DNA of 64,000 bases from Octopus sinensis (taxonomy: Eukaryota), in the NCBI RefSeq assembly GCF_006345805.1, contig NC_042998.1, positions 199,950,001-200,014,000 of the forward strand, read 5' to 3'. Within the stretch, counting starts at the first letter, position 1; every line of letters starts with the position of its first letter. The notes under the pieces are model-generated. The model worked only from the letters and a program-made list of their open reading frames with translations. It did not search any database and was not told the origin of the DNA. Both the position numbers and the translations under genes were made by a program. This document shows, one piece after another, positions 40,511-53,190 of the stretch.

Positions 40511-42304
40511 CGAAGCTCTTTACTACCTAAGTCTGTATTTTCCTATATGTGAAAACAGCTACATTACTTCAGTTAAGAAAAATGGCAACCGAAATCTAGA
40601 AAAAGCTTTCCCATCATGCACCACTGGGAAATATTTCTCGTGAACGATCACATTAAAAAAGGTATCTTTAATATATTCCGACTATAATGATTAGGTAATG
40701 CTTTCTGTTCTCCAACTGAATTTGGCGTATAATTTTTTCACCCATGATGAAGACGTTAATGGGAACAAATAGATGTTCTCTAGTTTCACCTGAGAATCAA
40801 GCCAGAAATATATTAATAGATTGGCTTGCAGATATGTTGACGAAAGTAAGAAAACGTGTGAGGGAAACTGGAAGCCATATAAAATGTAATTGGTAAACCT
40901 CAAAACAAGGAATTGATGACATGTTAGTGTGTGAAATTTTCTGAGTATTAGTGTTTTATACATGTAGATACGTAGAGAAAGGCCAGTGTTGAAAGGCTGC
41001 AGATTCATGTGAAGGTTTACTACATTACGACTGAAATCAGAAGTCGTAAAATGTTGTGTGGGAGAGTTGAATATATTGAGTATATGGTGAGTGGATTCTA
41101 TGATTAATATACGCGAAGTCTGAAAAATACATAGTAATTGTCTCAAGAATGGATTGTTGCTAAAGTTTGCACATATTAAAGTAAAATCCGATGAAATTTA
41201 GAGTACGATTGCTATTTTGTGAGTAAAGCATTAGGGAATTGCATGAGAAACCTTACAATATTTTGTGTGAAATTCCACTGTTACACGACAAAATAAAATA
41301 TATATGATTGAAAAATCGATTCCTTCTAGCTGCTGGGTAGATCATAAAACACCAACTATTGAATAAAAGCGAACAAGAGCGGCTTTTATGTACGAATAAA
41401 AATACAACACGCTAGTCATAGTTTGTGCCCTAATAAGTTGGAGGCTATGGAATTAGAAGTGTTCTGGTAGGCAGACACATCGAAATCAAGCTACTTAGAG
41501 CTTTGAAAATTACTCTTGGTTTCAATGAATGGGGAAAAAATATTTATTTAGAAAATCGGATGATGTTATTGATTAAAATTCTTCAGTAATTCAAATCTTG
41601 ACGCACTATGTGCGTGTGAACACATGCGCACGCGTGAAGGTATACATATCTGCGTGAACTAGAGAACTAATGTGGAAATAATACCGGTTAATACAAGAGA
41701 TAATACCAGTTAAGCGCTAACATATACGATGTTGAATATAATCGGCGAGAAGGTATTTGATTCATTTGCCTACACTTCAATAATAAAGTTTGGGAAACAT
41801 CAAGAAGTTTCCAAAACGTCAGAGTATTAATCGTTTCTTTAAAATGTAGGTATAATTGCTTTTCTTAAAAAAATAATCAGATGTCAGTTTGAAGCCTACA
41901 CGGTTGTTTTTATTCTAATGCACTTCATATCAAAATAGTTTTTTTATGTTTACACCTAAAGTGATTTGTTTATTATTATCGAGGTTCTAGCACTTCAGAG
42001 AATTGGCGAGCATTTTTTTTTTGTGAATATGAACAGAAAATATTTATCATACTACAGATTGGACGTTCACACCAAAAGACATCCCAAATTTCTATCTGTG
42101 TGTAGATGTGCAAACATACGAACATCCATGTATATAATTTATATATTATCTAGATTTTTGATTCCACATCTTTTAAATCATAATGCCTTTCACTAAAAGA
42201 GCGAAACGAATACGCATACACACACTCACTTCCACCACACACTAATATATATACACATATACACAAAATTATATATTTATAAGATATATCTTATGTACAT
42301 ACAA

Positions 42305-42359
<55 letters not shown>

Positions 42360-42396
42360 ATATTGATCAAAATAAAAACATGATGCCAAGGATTCA

Positions 42397-42473
42397 GCGG
42401 TACATATGTTTCGGGCCTTTATTAGACAGATTTATAACAATGCATAATGTATGTCTGTGGCCTTCTTCAGCCG
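42397..42473 (-). ncRNA. Type I hammerhead ribozyme (left arm, pointing left)
   Basis: Mirror of 42603-42680. Stem I is 3 bp (CGG/CCG); predicted cleavage between 42401 and 42400. Confidence 0.72.
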
Positions 42474-42602
42474 TGAGAGAAGAAAGAGATGGACGCTTCA
42501 ATTCTATGCTGTTGCTGCATTATGTCGTACGCGAATGAGAGGATTTGCATCCCCAACCAAGAATTTTTGATGTAACACATGTCCTTGTGGAAGCTGTTGT
42601 GT

Positions 42603-42680
42603 GCGGCTGAAGAAGGCCACAGACATACATTATGCATTGTTATAAATCTGTCTAATAAAGGCCCGAAACATATGTACCGC
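42603..42680 (+). ncRNA. Type I hammerhead ribozyme (right arm, pointing right)
   Basis: Stem I GCGG/CCGC; core CUGAAGA (42607-13) plus an extra A; stem II GGCC/GG(C)CC extended by ACAGA/TCTGT; GAAA (42665-68); stem III AC-AUAU-GU; GUA triplet 42674-76. Confidence 0.78.
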
Positions 42681-42806
42681 TGAATCCTTGGCATCATGTT
42701 TTTATTTTGATCAATTTACTCCACCAGCTACACCACCAAACGGTATACACAGGTGCTTATAATTATCAAGTACTCACCCCGAATTTCTATCTATCTATAT
42801 ATATAT

Positions 42807-42889
<83 letters not shown>

Positions 42890-42974
42890 CATACAGTCCT
42901 ATACTCGCACACACACACATACCTATAAACATGCACATGTACATATACAGATATATCTGCATGTATATTCTTTT

Positions 42975-43115
42975 ACTTTTATTGTGTTACTCGTTTCAGT
43001 CATCTGACTGTGGCCATACTGGAGCACCGCAAGGAAGGGTTTTTAGTCGAACAAATCGAAACCAACACTTATTTCTTAAGCTTATTATTTACTCTAACTT
43101 TTGCCGAATCAATGC
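42975..43115 (-). mobile_element. SINE family A, diverged 3' fragment
   Basis: Minus strand GCGGTGCTCCAGTATGGCCACAGTCAGATGACTGAAAC. Confidence 0.75.
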
Positions 43116-43273
43116 AACTTCAAAATTTTTGCCGATACATGATTTTCTTAGCAATTAGATAATAGTAATGACATATATATCTTATCGAGTCTGAAGTCTA
43201 TTTCCGTCTTTAGAAGTCAGTCAATATCCTTTGATCAATCTTCAACATCCAATAACATACAATTGATGATGCA

Positions 43274-44542
43274 CGAGGTAGTATCAAAAGGTTCCTGATC
43301 TAGTTATGTTAAATAAAACAATAACTTATTTACCACAGATTTCTCCTCTGAAATAGTCACCTTGTGTAGCTATCCACCTGTTCCAACGTTAAAGCAACAT
43401 TTGAAATTCATTCTGGAAGTCGAGTCGTTTTCTGTAAAAGCATCGTGGCCATTCTAATATTTGCTCTTGATTTCGACAACTGTGTTAAAACGATGACCTT
43501 TGAAATGCAATTTTATCTTGAGGACTAAATGGAAGTCTGCAGGTGGTGAATCTGGTGAATTGGGCGGGTGCGGAAGCGTCATCATGTTGCTTTTGGCGAG
43601 AAACTCACCAGTGAGAAATCGGTGATTGGGTTCTTTTTTAATCGCGCTCCACAGATGAGGTCGCTTTCTCCGAATGTCCTCCCTGAAATCCTTCAAAACG
43701 GGCTGGACTTGGGGGACAAATTCTTTATGCACAATACCGCAGATGCCGATAAAAACGATGACTATGCTCTTGATTGAGCAATGGCCCTGTCGTGCCTTCT
43801 TCGGTTGTGAAGATGGAGGCTTCTTCCATTGTGTCGACTGCTGCTTCGTCTCAGGGTCGTACCCGAGACCCAATTCTAGTCACTGGTGATGATCCATTGC
43901 ATGAAGGATGGGTCATCAGCAGATCACTGCCGGAGATCTTGACAGATTTCGATGTGATGATCTTTCTGCTCAGTGGTCAGCATGCGGGTGACAATCTTAG
44001 CAGAGTCACACGCATAATCAGTTCTGATGTTAGGATTGCCTGCACGGACCCATATGACAGAGCAGCAACATCAGCAATTTCGTTGATTGCCCTCCGATGA
44101 TACTCATGCACAAGCTGATGGATTTTCTCCACATTTCCGGGAGTGACGCTCGTTACAATCTTCCAGATCGCTCATCGTCTACCAGGGACTTTCTTTTGCT
44201 TTTAAAGTGCCCCTGCCACTCGAAACATTGCGTATGACCAATTGCCTCGTCACTGGAATCCTGCCGAAGTATGCCCAATCATTCTAGCAGACTTCCCTAG
44301 TTTGACGCAAAGTTTCACGTTGGCTCTTTGCTCCAACTTTCTCTCCACGACACTATCGCAGACTACAGAATACATGTGATCCCAAAAGCATAAATTTCAC
44401 TACTTGCTAAGGAAAAACAGCAATGCCACTCGGCACACTGCCTCATGAAGGTCACTACTAGCTCGCAGTGAGCTCGCAACTGCGTGCTGCTCTATGCTGG
44501 TACTCTTCAGGACTAGTTCTGGAACCCTTTGATACCACCTCG
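43274..44542 (-). mobile_element. Full-length mariner (DD34D) element, non-functional, ~1.27 kb
   Basis: TIRs CGAGGT(A/G)GTATCAAA(A/G)GGTTCC(T/A)GA(T/A)CTAGT at 43274-43304 and 44512-44542; both flanking TA dinucleotides are mutated. Confidence 0.92.
43330..44345 (-). pseudogene. Mariner transposase pseudogene
   Basis: KLEQRANVKLCVKLGKSA N-terminus, YDPETKQQSTQWK, GIVHKEFVP, IRRKRP.LW, PHPPNSPD.PPADF, RW.RWIA.QGDYF. Frameshifted; the HHDNA motif with the second catalytic Asp is lost. Confidence 0.9.
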
Positions 44543-47218
44543 TTTCAAGAAGCGATAGTTTTCATTAGGATAAACTTAGGTTAGAGATGCGACAAATTAG
44601 ATAATTAAATATTGCTGGAAATAAGGATTAAGAGAAAGGAATAAAAAGTGGAACTACATATACTGAGTTCTGTAGAGTAAGTGATATATCCATGTGCAAC
44701 ACCTATTGTGAGCACTGCTTGCAACTGGCGAACAATTTCGTAATCCTGATTACGTACTCTTCAATAAGCGATAAATGAATTCCGCTTAACTCGCTAAGTT
44801 TTGCCAAAGGCTGCGTGTTGATATGATCAGCTGATCATTTCTAAGTTGAAATTAATATTCAACGTAATAGAAACAAGGGGCCTGAGGGATGCAATATTCA
44901 TAAATCATCTGAAAGTTATGCTGAGGAATTTAATAACCAATTTCATACTATTAATGACTTCCACAGATATCCCGAAGACCTATCAGAAGAATTCGAAAAT
45001 ATCGTGAAAGAAGCGGCATGAAATCATCATACGTCAAGAAAAACGATGCTGAATGGCAATTGGAATATGTAGAAGAATGGTGTTGAGCAAAATCTATGAG
45101 AGATTTTATGAAATTCACAATATACAATGGTAGTGTCCAGTGCTTAGATGAAAGGATAAATACAACTATTTGAAAAGGAAATATAAGATGATAGAGAAGA
45201 ATAGAGAGAAAAATACTTCAAATTTTTACCCTTAATATTCCGATATCTAAAGTATAAGATGGGCAAGATATAAAGGAATGATGAACTGAAAAGGGAAAAA
45301 GGTACCCGTTTCACATTAGAACAGATTCAACTCAGGCGGTGTAGATATGAAAATATTGAGAAAACGTTGCCAAAACATTTTAAAACTAAGCATTGTTGAA
45401 AATATAGATAACAACATATATCTTCACAAAAAAATGTTACGTATGGGAAAACAATTACATTCATTTTCTATGCAAGCGGAGTCTTGAAAAATTAATCGAA
45501 ATTGTTTTTTGCATTATTTATTTTTATATTTTAGCTATTTATTGTGAGCTAAAATATTTGGTAGCTGCTGACCAAGTTTCAAATTTCCAACATCTGCTGT
45601 GAAATAAATTCCCCCGTGAGCATAATTCGTATGTATGTATTTATTTATAACTGATTGTGTGTATCAATATACATTCATATACATATTTACATAGATGACG
45701 GTATGTATGTGTGTATGTTCGTATAACGTATATATGAGATTGTGATAAAGTATATAACTGATGAATGGTGAAAGCTTACGTCAGTAATGAAATCTAAAAT
45801 TTGTGAACAGAAAATCTTTATTTTAAACATTCTGTAAAAACTAAAATTTCTAGAGAATTAATAAAATTAGCCTCCCTTCAATTTCAGGATCAGCAAAGTC
45901 CCCAGTAAAATTTTCGAAAGGTCCTGGGTATTCAAGCTATATAACTAAAACTACACTTCATTGCATCTGAGATAAACCTGGGAACTATTAGCATGACTGT
46001 AAAAAATCTGTCATTTATGGTGCTAATCTTCACTCAGCGACAATATTTCGCCCAAGTCCACCATTGGTTTCACTAAAAGCACATTTACTTAATGTATTTA
46101 CCGCCATGCACATTCTTTTATGAAACTAAAAGCATTAATAAAGTGTATCTTAGTAATTAGGGAGACAACTGACTATAATATTTCTTTGTCCTCTCGAAGT
46201 TACACATGGCCATATTGGCATTGCAGATTCACTTCCCTTTGCGTTGCCATGTTAGAGTAACAAAACGCCTCCCTTGCATCAAAATTTCAATGGGTTAAAA
46301 ACTTAGGTTGGAAAATAATAGATACTTCAAACTACCAACCAAAATAGATTTTGGCACGACTTAAAATATCATGTAAATTTTGCTTTGGGACGGATTAAAA
46401 CACTCTTGGATTTTCTAAATATTAAAAACATTTTTTCTGAAAAACGTTTCTGGTTACCTATCCATTCACCTCAGTATTAACCCCCTTTGCTTTACTCTGG
46501 AATGTTTTGAAAACAAATTAAATTTTCTACTAAAGCCAAATCCTTTTACACTATTGCTATGTATCCGGCTTCCTCAAAAGTCATTTTAGCTCCTTTTAAT
46601 CCATCTGATTACAGCTTTTTGATCCACAGCATTTTAAAATAAATTAAATTTGGCAGGATTTTTATATTCTAAATTTCTATAAAATTATGACCTTATTTGA
46701 AATACACGCAAATACACACACATATATAGACGTGTCTGTATGGATGTCTGATTTTGTAATCATATATATTCATTTATTTATATATTACACAATTTTTCAT
46801 CAGAAAAAAAGGAAGCGTTATTATGAGGTGCATTCCTATTTTAATATTCATCAGCTATTTCCATTCATTCTATGCCCAAAGTCGTGCCTTCTTATTTCAT
46901 TGCTCCAAAGTCATTATGTAGCATATTATGGTTTTTATTTTTTCTGTATACGCATCTTTATATCAAAGACTTACAATCGAATAGATTCTACATATTCAAA
47001 GACCGTGCATCTGTGAAAGGGAAGCATGTGTACGTAAGAATATATGCGCGTGCTTGTTTTCGTATGTGGCTGTACATATATTTGCTCATGGGTGTAGAAG
47101 AAAAGAGTAAACTGTGAATGTGAAGGAAAAAGTATATGGGTGGGCGAAATTTAATTACATTGATCCGTACATTTACCACATACACATATATACATGAATA
47201 TGTATATGATGTATATGC

Positions 47219-47261
<43 letters not shown>

Positions 47262-47289
47262 TAAATACATATATACATATATAAATATG

Positions 47290-47322
<33 letters not shown>

Positions 47323-47949
47323 GCATAATGCATATGTGTATATATGTATATATGTATAATGTAATATATGTTTTCGTCCGCATTCTCGTCTATGTATTTA
47401 TACACGCTATTATGCAGTGTCGAACGAAAAACCAAAAATCTCATTACGCACAGAAGCACAACAGAATTGCGTCCATCAAACGGTAGACTAGGAACTAATA
47501 TAGGGTTTTATTCATGGTACTTTTAAAAGAAGGAAGGCATGCATATATATATATATATAGATATATATATGTACACAAATTCTTTTCAAGTTTAAATTCC
47601 CTACAGACCGCAGACCAGTAATACGAAACACAAACAAACAAACATACATACACAGGCTCACACTCACTCATAAGTACGCCATAGACACACAGACATATGC
47701 ATAAACGATTATGAGGTTTCGCATGAGTACATTTATATTTAAGAAGAAAATGCGTTGAAATATTCATCATGAATAAAAGAAAGTATTTACATTTTTATGA
47801 AAATATGCTCCCGGTTCTGTTTCAATCGCTGAAAACGTCGATTTAATTATGTTGAAATAAAAGAAAAGCCATTCCTCAAATACATTAGATGTCTCAGGGG
47901 AAGTGACTCAGTTATTCCAAGCAATCCTTCTAAAACAGTCAATGAAAAA

Positions 47950-48385
47950 CCATAATAGTCTCTATCTATGTTGTAAATATTTATTTAGACCTCGGTCACA
48001 GCATATCAACTGAGACCATTACATTCTAGTTGGTGAACTTCCTCACCGCGTAAAAACAGAGTACATATCAGAAAAGCTCAAATGTATTTTAGAGAATATG
48101 CGCATTATATTCAATGACAAACTTTTCAACAAATATCAAGGACTGCGATAGAGATGAAAACAGCTTTATACTTTCGCAATCTAGTGATCAAAAACGACTA
48201 CAGACATATGGGGACTCTTTCTTGATGTATATTCAACAAAAATGGAAGAGATACCTCGATGTCTGCTTGAGAAGGAAATTAAAATTCTTCAATAAAATAA
48301 ATAAAAATATAGAATCCATCATGCAATATAGCGATAACGAGCTCCCAATTTCAGACATTCTAATAAAGAAAGTCAACAGAGTCGG
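47950..48385 (+). mobile_element. Second Penelope-like element, RT core remnant
   Basis: Frameshifted peptides YVVNIYLDLGH, IIFNDKLF/QQISRTAIEMKTALYFRNLV and WKRYLDVC..IMQYSDNELPISDILIKK match PLE RT motifs DV.NLY..IPH, F.FND..Y.Q..GTAMG..AP..ANL and RYLDD..LPFLDILI. Confidence 0.72.
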
Positions 48386-48699
48386 GGATTTAAGAAATTA
48401 CTAAGAGTAATGCCATGTCTTGGCCTTTATTTCTTGCTGTCGATCTGCAGGGTGCATCAATTCACATAACCTTGTGTTTCATACTGAAATACGATAGAAG
48501 GCCTTAGTATTCAAGGGACGGGGTTCGCCTAAGCGTAGAGAAATGAGGTATGAGGGTTTCAGAAGATGTACACTTGAAATTTGTAAGGTAACATGATCAC
48601 ATTTTCCGACCGTATTGAATTTATTATTGACGTGTACACCACAGCACAAATTCTTGATATTTTATGTTGCTACGAGGTCCATTTTTACCTCGTTCAGCA

Positions 48700-48990
48700 T
48701 CATGAATTTTTAGTCCATGGAATTATAGCTTGTTGATTGTATCAGAGGTATGATTAATCACATAACCCATTGATGGCATTCTGAAGCTTAGATACATTTT
48801 ACAATGTTTGGTGGTATTTCCTATGTTAACTATGTGAATAATTAAAAACAGCAGATCCAAAAGTGTAGTTCTGTAGTAGCAGTAAAGGACGTTTGTTAGC
48901 CTAGTGTAAATCTCATCTATTACAGCTCGCTGGATTCTCTTTGCCGTTAAGTATTTAGTCATATGCTGCAGCTCATCAAGAATTATGCAA
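48700..48990 (-). mobile_element. Possible heavily decayed LINE RT fragment
   Basis: RTTLLDLLFLII..YLSFRMPSMGYVINH loosely follows RST.D.IF..F.DF..AFD.V.H spacing. Confidence 0.25.
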
Positions 48991-51559
48991 TTATGCAAAT
49001 TGAAACGAAGACAAACTAAAACAAGAAGATAAAATAATTTGGACCAAGTATCGTAAAATCTGAAGGTAATGGTAATAAATAGATGCCAATTTCGGATTCT
49101 GTTTGTGAAAAAATCTCTAATTAAGGTCCTGGTTTTTGACTATAGAAATTTTGTTGGCCTGTGTTATCAGAAATTTTCGTGGGATCAGCCTGATTAATGG
49201 ACAAGCTGGATTGCTGCAGAGTTTTTATTTGAACGAAATATTGTAAAAAAAAAAAGATGTTCCAGATATGTCTGTTTTAGGAAAGATGCACTGAATGGTT
49301 TTAATTATAACTAATAGACACAGATATGGTATATGGAAATTTTTGAGGTTCAAAGCTAAAGAGAATGTCCGTAAAATGGGAAAAAATATCAATAACAGAC
49401 AATTAGCCAGATTTGATTGAAATAATATCATTGACTATCAAACAAAATGCGATTTTCCTATAAATTAATTGAAAAGTAGATGATTATGATTAGTGAGGCA
49501 TTTCAAATATCTGAACTGTATTCTTGTGCTGATTAACGTAGCTTTCATTTCACTCACGGAGCATTAGTTTTCTAAGCACTTTCAAAATATGATTTTCACT
49601 ATTAATTAATATTAATCACCCATGTCAGGTAATTTATATGACTATAAGTGGAATAAGGCTACCTTTCATTGTAACGATTGTCGCCAATTTGACTTGGTAA
49701 CTGATCCGCTTACATGTGTTAATTAGATACTGAATTTGACAATATTCGAAAAGTTTGCAAGAATGTATATCTGTTACAGATGTTATGTTCTCTCAGTATA
49801 AAAATCCCACCATTCTTATTTTTGTGTTGTAGACTTATGCCTTCATTCCATTAAACTTCCACACCAGGTTTCTTCAATGATTCTTGCGAATTTTGCTCTG
49901 TTCAAAGAATTCTGGCGAGTTTTATAGTCTGATGGTAATTTCTTCCACTTTTATTATATAACAATGCCAAATCATGTTTAGCACCATAAAACGCTTGAAT
50001 TACTGCCACTGTGTATGAATGTAAAAAAAAAACATTCATAAGCATCTCACTAAAAAATAAAACCATTTTCTGAGTAGAGGAGAAAACTTGTTGGCTGTCG
50101 TTTGACTATGCTAAAAATAGCAAACAAATCTTCCTGAAATAAAACCATATCTCATTACAAAGGAAAGGGTCACACTGGATAAACTAGTCCTAGATACGCA
50201 TGGTATGATGGAGTGGTTAGGGGTTTGATCTTCTTCATATTTTTTTATTGATAACCTGAGCTGCACATCAACAAAACTGATTACCAGCGAAATTATTTCA
50301 GTGGTGCCATTTGCTTGAAAAACAACAGCTATGTTAGCGTTAAAACATATGGTTTATTAAGTATAAGAATACTAATTGATTATAATGAAGTTGGTAAGGA
50401 AAGACAACGTTATCCGAATAAATAATATATTTTTCATCGCTGTGACATGTTTCAGAGTTATTAGATTTACTTACAGAAGGGTAGACCTCGCTATGCTTAC
50501 CGATATATAAATTAGAGTGTCACAAAGCATATGTACATGGTTAGGGGGGGAAATTAGCAACTGTTTAAAAACGTTATTTCTAGTAAAAGATACACCACTG
50601 AAAATATATTATTATAGTTTATTTGATGCTACTTGTAAGAGAATGTATTTTCTTGAAATTACAACGGGTGTCCATGTAACTTTAGAAGGAACTTTAAATA
50701 TATATTTGCCTGAAAGCAGACTACTTTAAGTCCATTATTCTTTACTTTTGTCTTCTGACTCGACTGTGAGCGATCACATGCTGTTCTTCAGAACAACTGG
50801 ATAATGAAGCAAGTTCCATTAAATTACTATAATGTTTAATTTAGCTGATAACAGGGATGTGATGTTAATATATCCGTTATGAAAGTGTCGGGAATCTCTG
50901 CCAATTCTGTTGATCAATAGAGATACACCTGACATGCTTATCTAAACATTACTCCTAGATTCCTATACATCAAATGTCGGTGATTGAGTATTCACGCATG
51001 GCTAGCATGATGTATTATGCCGGATAGGAATTCTGTTTCTAACATGTTAATATAATCAATCAATCAATCAACTTTATTAGATATTCACTCAATGGCGATT
51101 TCATATTATGTTCTGAACAAACCTAAACCAGGAATAATTATTTCTGAAACTTTCATTTCGTTTAGTCTTTCTTATAACCCTTGTCGCTTTATTCACTTCG
51201 TCTTCCAAGAGATTATATGATAGTAATATTACGTTTCAAACAGAACAATGGCGATAGGGTTGTAATGAAATCAGGCACATTTATACAACTACTAAAATTT
51301 AAAATTGCAACGTTTATCCCCAGACAAATCAAAACATATTCATATTCTTAATTTATCTAATTCCCACCTCTTTCACAAGCCATTTAAATTTCCTAAATTT
51401 TAGAAATGAAAAGTCAGTGATCTCAAAAAGTTCGTTTGAAAGATATTAATGTTCAAATAGAAGGGAGTAAGAAATTACTTTTTGCAACTGTTTTCAAGAA
51501 TTCAAGGAGTAGTTACTTGACTATATCACGAGAGAATATCTACAGCCCACAAAATACCT

Positions 51560-51760
51560 ATTTCTTTACTACCCTCAAGGGGCTAAACTACAGAGGACAA
51601 ACAAGGACAGACAAACGTAACTGGTACTTAATTTATCGACCCCGAAAGGATGAAAGGCAAAGTCGCCCTCGGCGGAATTTGAACTCAGAACGTAGCGGCA
51701 GACGAAATACGGCTAAGCATTTCGCCCGGCGTGCTAACGATTCTGCCAGCTCGTTGCCTT
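51560..51760 (-). mobile_element. SINE family C with 8-bp TSD AAATACCT
   Basis: TSD at 51552-51559 and 51761-51768; an internal deletion removes the GGGGTCGAT..GTCGAC segment. Confidence 0.9.
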
Positions 51761-52440
51761 AAATACCTGTCTTATCTCTTAGATCGTCCAGTACGTTAAG
51801 CACAACAGGCAACGAGCCTGCATCAGACATACCGAATGTTCGTTTTCCTCGTGGACCCTCTAAGGCCAACTACCATCACTATCATGTGGTGCCGAAACGT
51901 ACTGTTCCACGTCTTATTTGATATTCCTCTCGGTCTTTATCCTTATTCCGGCGTTTATTCCATCACTAGGGTGGTATATCTTTCCTGAGGTAATCGAAAC
52001 ACGTGGGTAGTAAACCGTATTATACGCGCTTAGTCAGCATGTCTGATCTTCTCGTCACGTCTTTGATTCTATTCTATCCCTGAACATAGGCAGCGTTGAT
52101 GGAGCACATCCAGCAATACAAACACACTAACACTCATACATAGACATACACACACACACAAACACAAACGCACACACACTCAAACGCATGCCACGATCAT
52201 GAGTGCAACACCCTGAAGTCATGCGTTCTCATGTATACACATTCATACAAACACACATATACATATACACATATGTATTCAACTGCTTACGTATGTATCC
52301 TACTGTCGGAAGATACTAGTGATTAAAGATAGTGATGGACGCTTGGGCAGATATTTTAGATACTGCTTAATCTTTACCCTCTTTATGATTCTACATCATC
52401 TGCTCCATAATTGATCCTGTTTCATGAGTTGGAAGTAATG

Positions 52441-52475
52441 TCTTTCATCAGACATATACTACGTCTGATGAAAGA
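52441..52475. repeat. Perfect 13-bp hairpin
   Basis: TCTTTCATCAGAC-atatactac-GTCTGATGAAAGA. Confidence 0.9.
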
Positions 52476-53138
52476 AGTGCTCTCGTACGCTATTATTTCT
52501 TTCTACTCAAGGAAGAAAACCACGGTATACACATGTGGTATGTATGAAAGCATCTCAGTTGAGTAAAGGTTTGTCATGCGATTCAGGAAAAAAAGAAGCC
52601 TCTGAAATAACAATACCAATGAAAATGTGAGAGAAGTGATAAAACCTGATCGTAGTACGCTAGACATTATATAGAAGATGATGTCGATGGGACGCCATAG
52701 AGGTAACTCATTTAAGACATGCCAGTTTAATAAAAAGAAGACAGAAGATTAATGATGATGATGATGATGGCGGTGATAATTAGCAGCAAACATGAAAATA
52801 GGAAAATGTCTGCCAAAATACTTCCTACCACCAATATTCAATATAATATCTCTATGTTCACAGTTCAGACGACTCTGTGGGAATCTGGTTTCGTTTCTTG
52901 CTCTTTAGAAATTAAGCACAAGGTGTATTATTTTACTTGTTTCACACATCGAAGACCAGCCATAGTAGAAACGCTCGTTCACGATCTCTTTATCTCTCTC
53001 TCTCCTCTCTATCTATCTGTCTGTCTGTCTGTCTATCTATCTTTAAATATATATATATATATGTATTATATATATATATATATAATATATATATATATTA
53101 TATATATGTATATATATATATGTATGTATATATATATG

Positions 53139-53190
<52 letters not shown>

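Larger units (their letters stand above)
42362..42715. repeat. Perfect 112-bp inverted repeat with 130-bp spacer
   Basis: 42362-42473 is the exact reverse complement of 42604-42715. Confidence 0.97.

Noticed and set aside
40691-41146. 151-aa minus-strand ORF
   Set aside because: No recognisable motif and AT-biased composition; probably chance or antisense to a decayed repeat.
46285-46495. GGG|TTAA and TTAA|CCC as piggyBac ends
   Set aside because: They face away from each other and no matching TIR partners were found.
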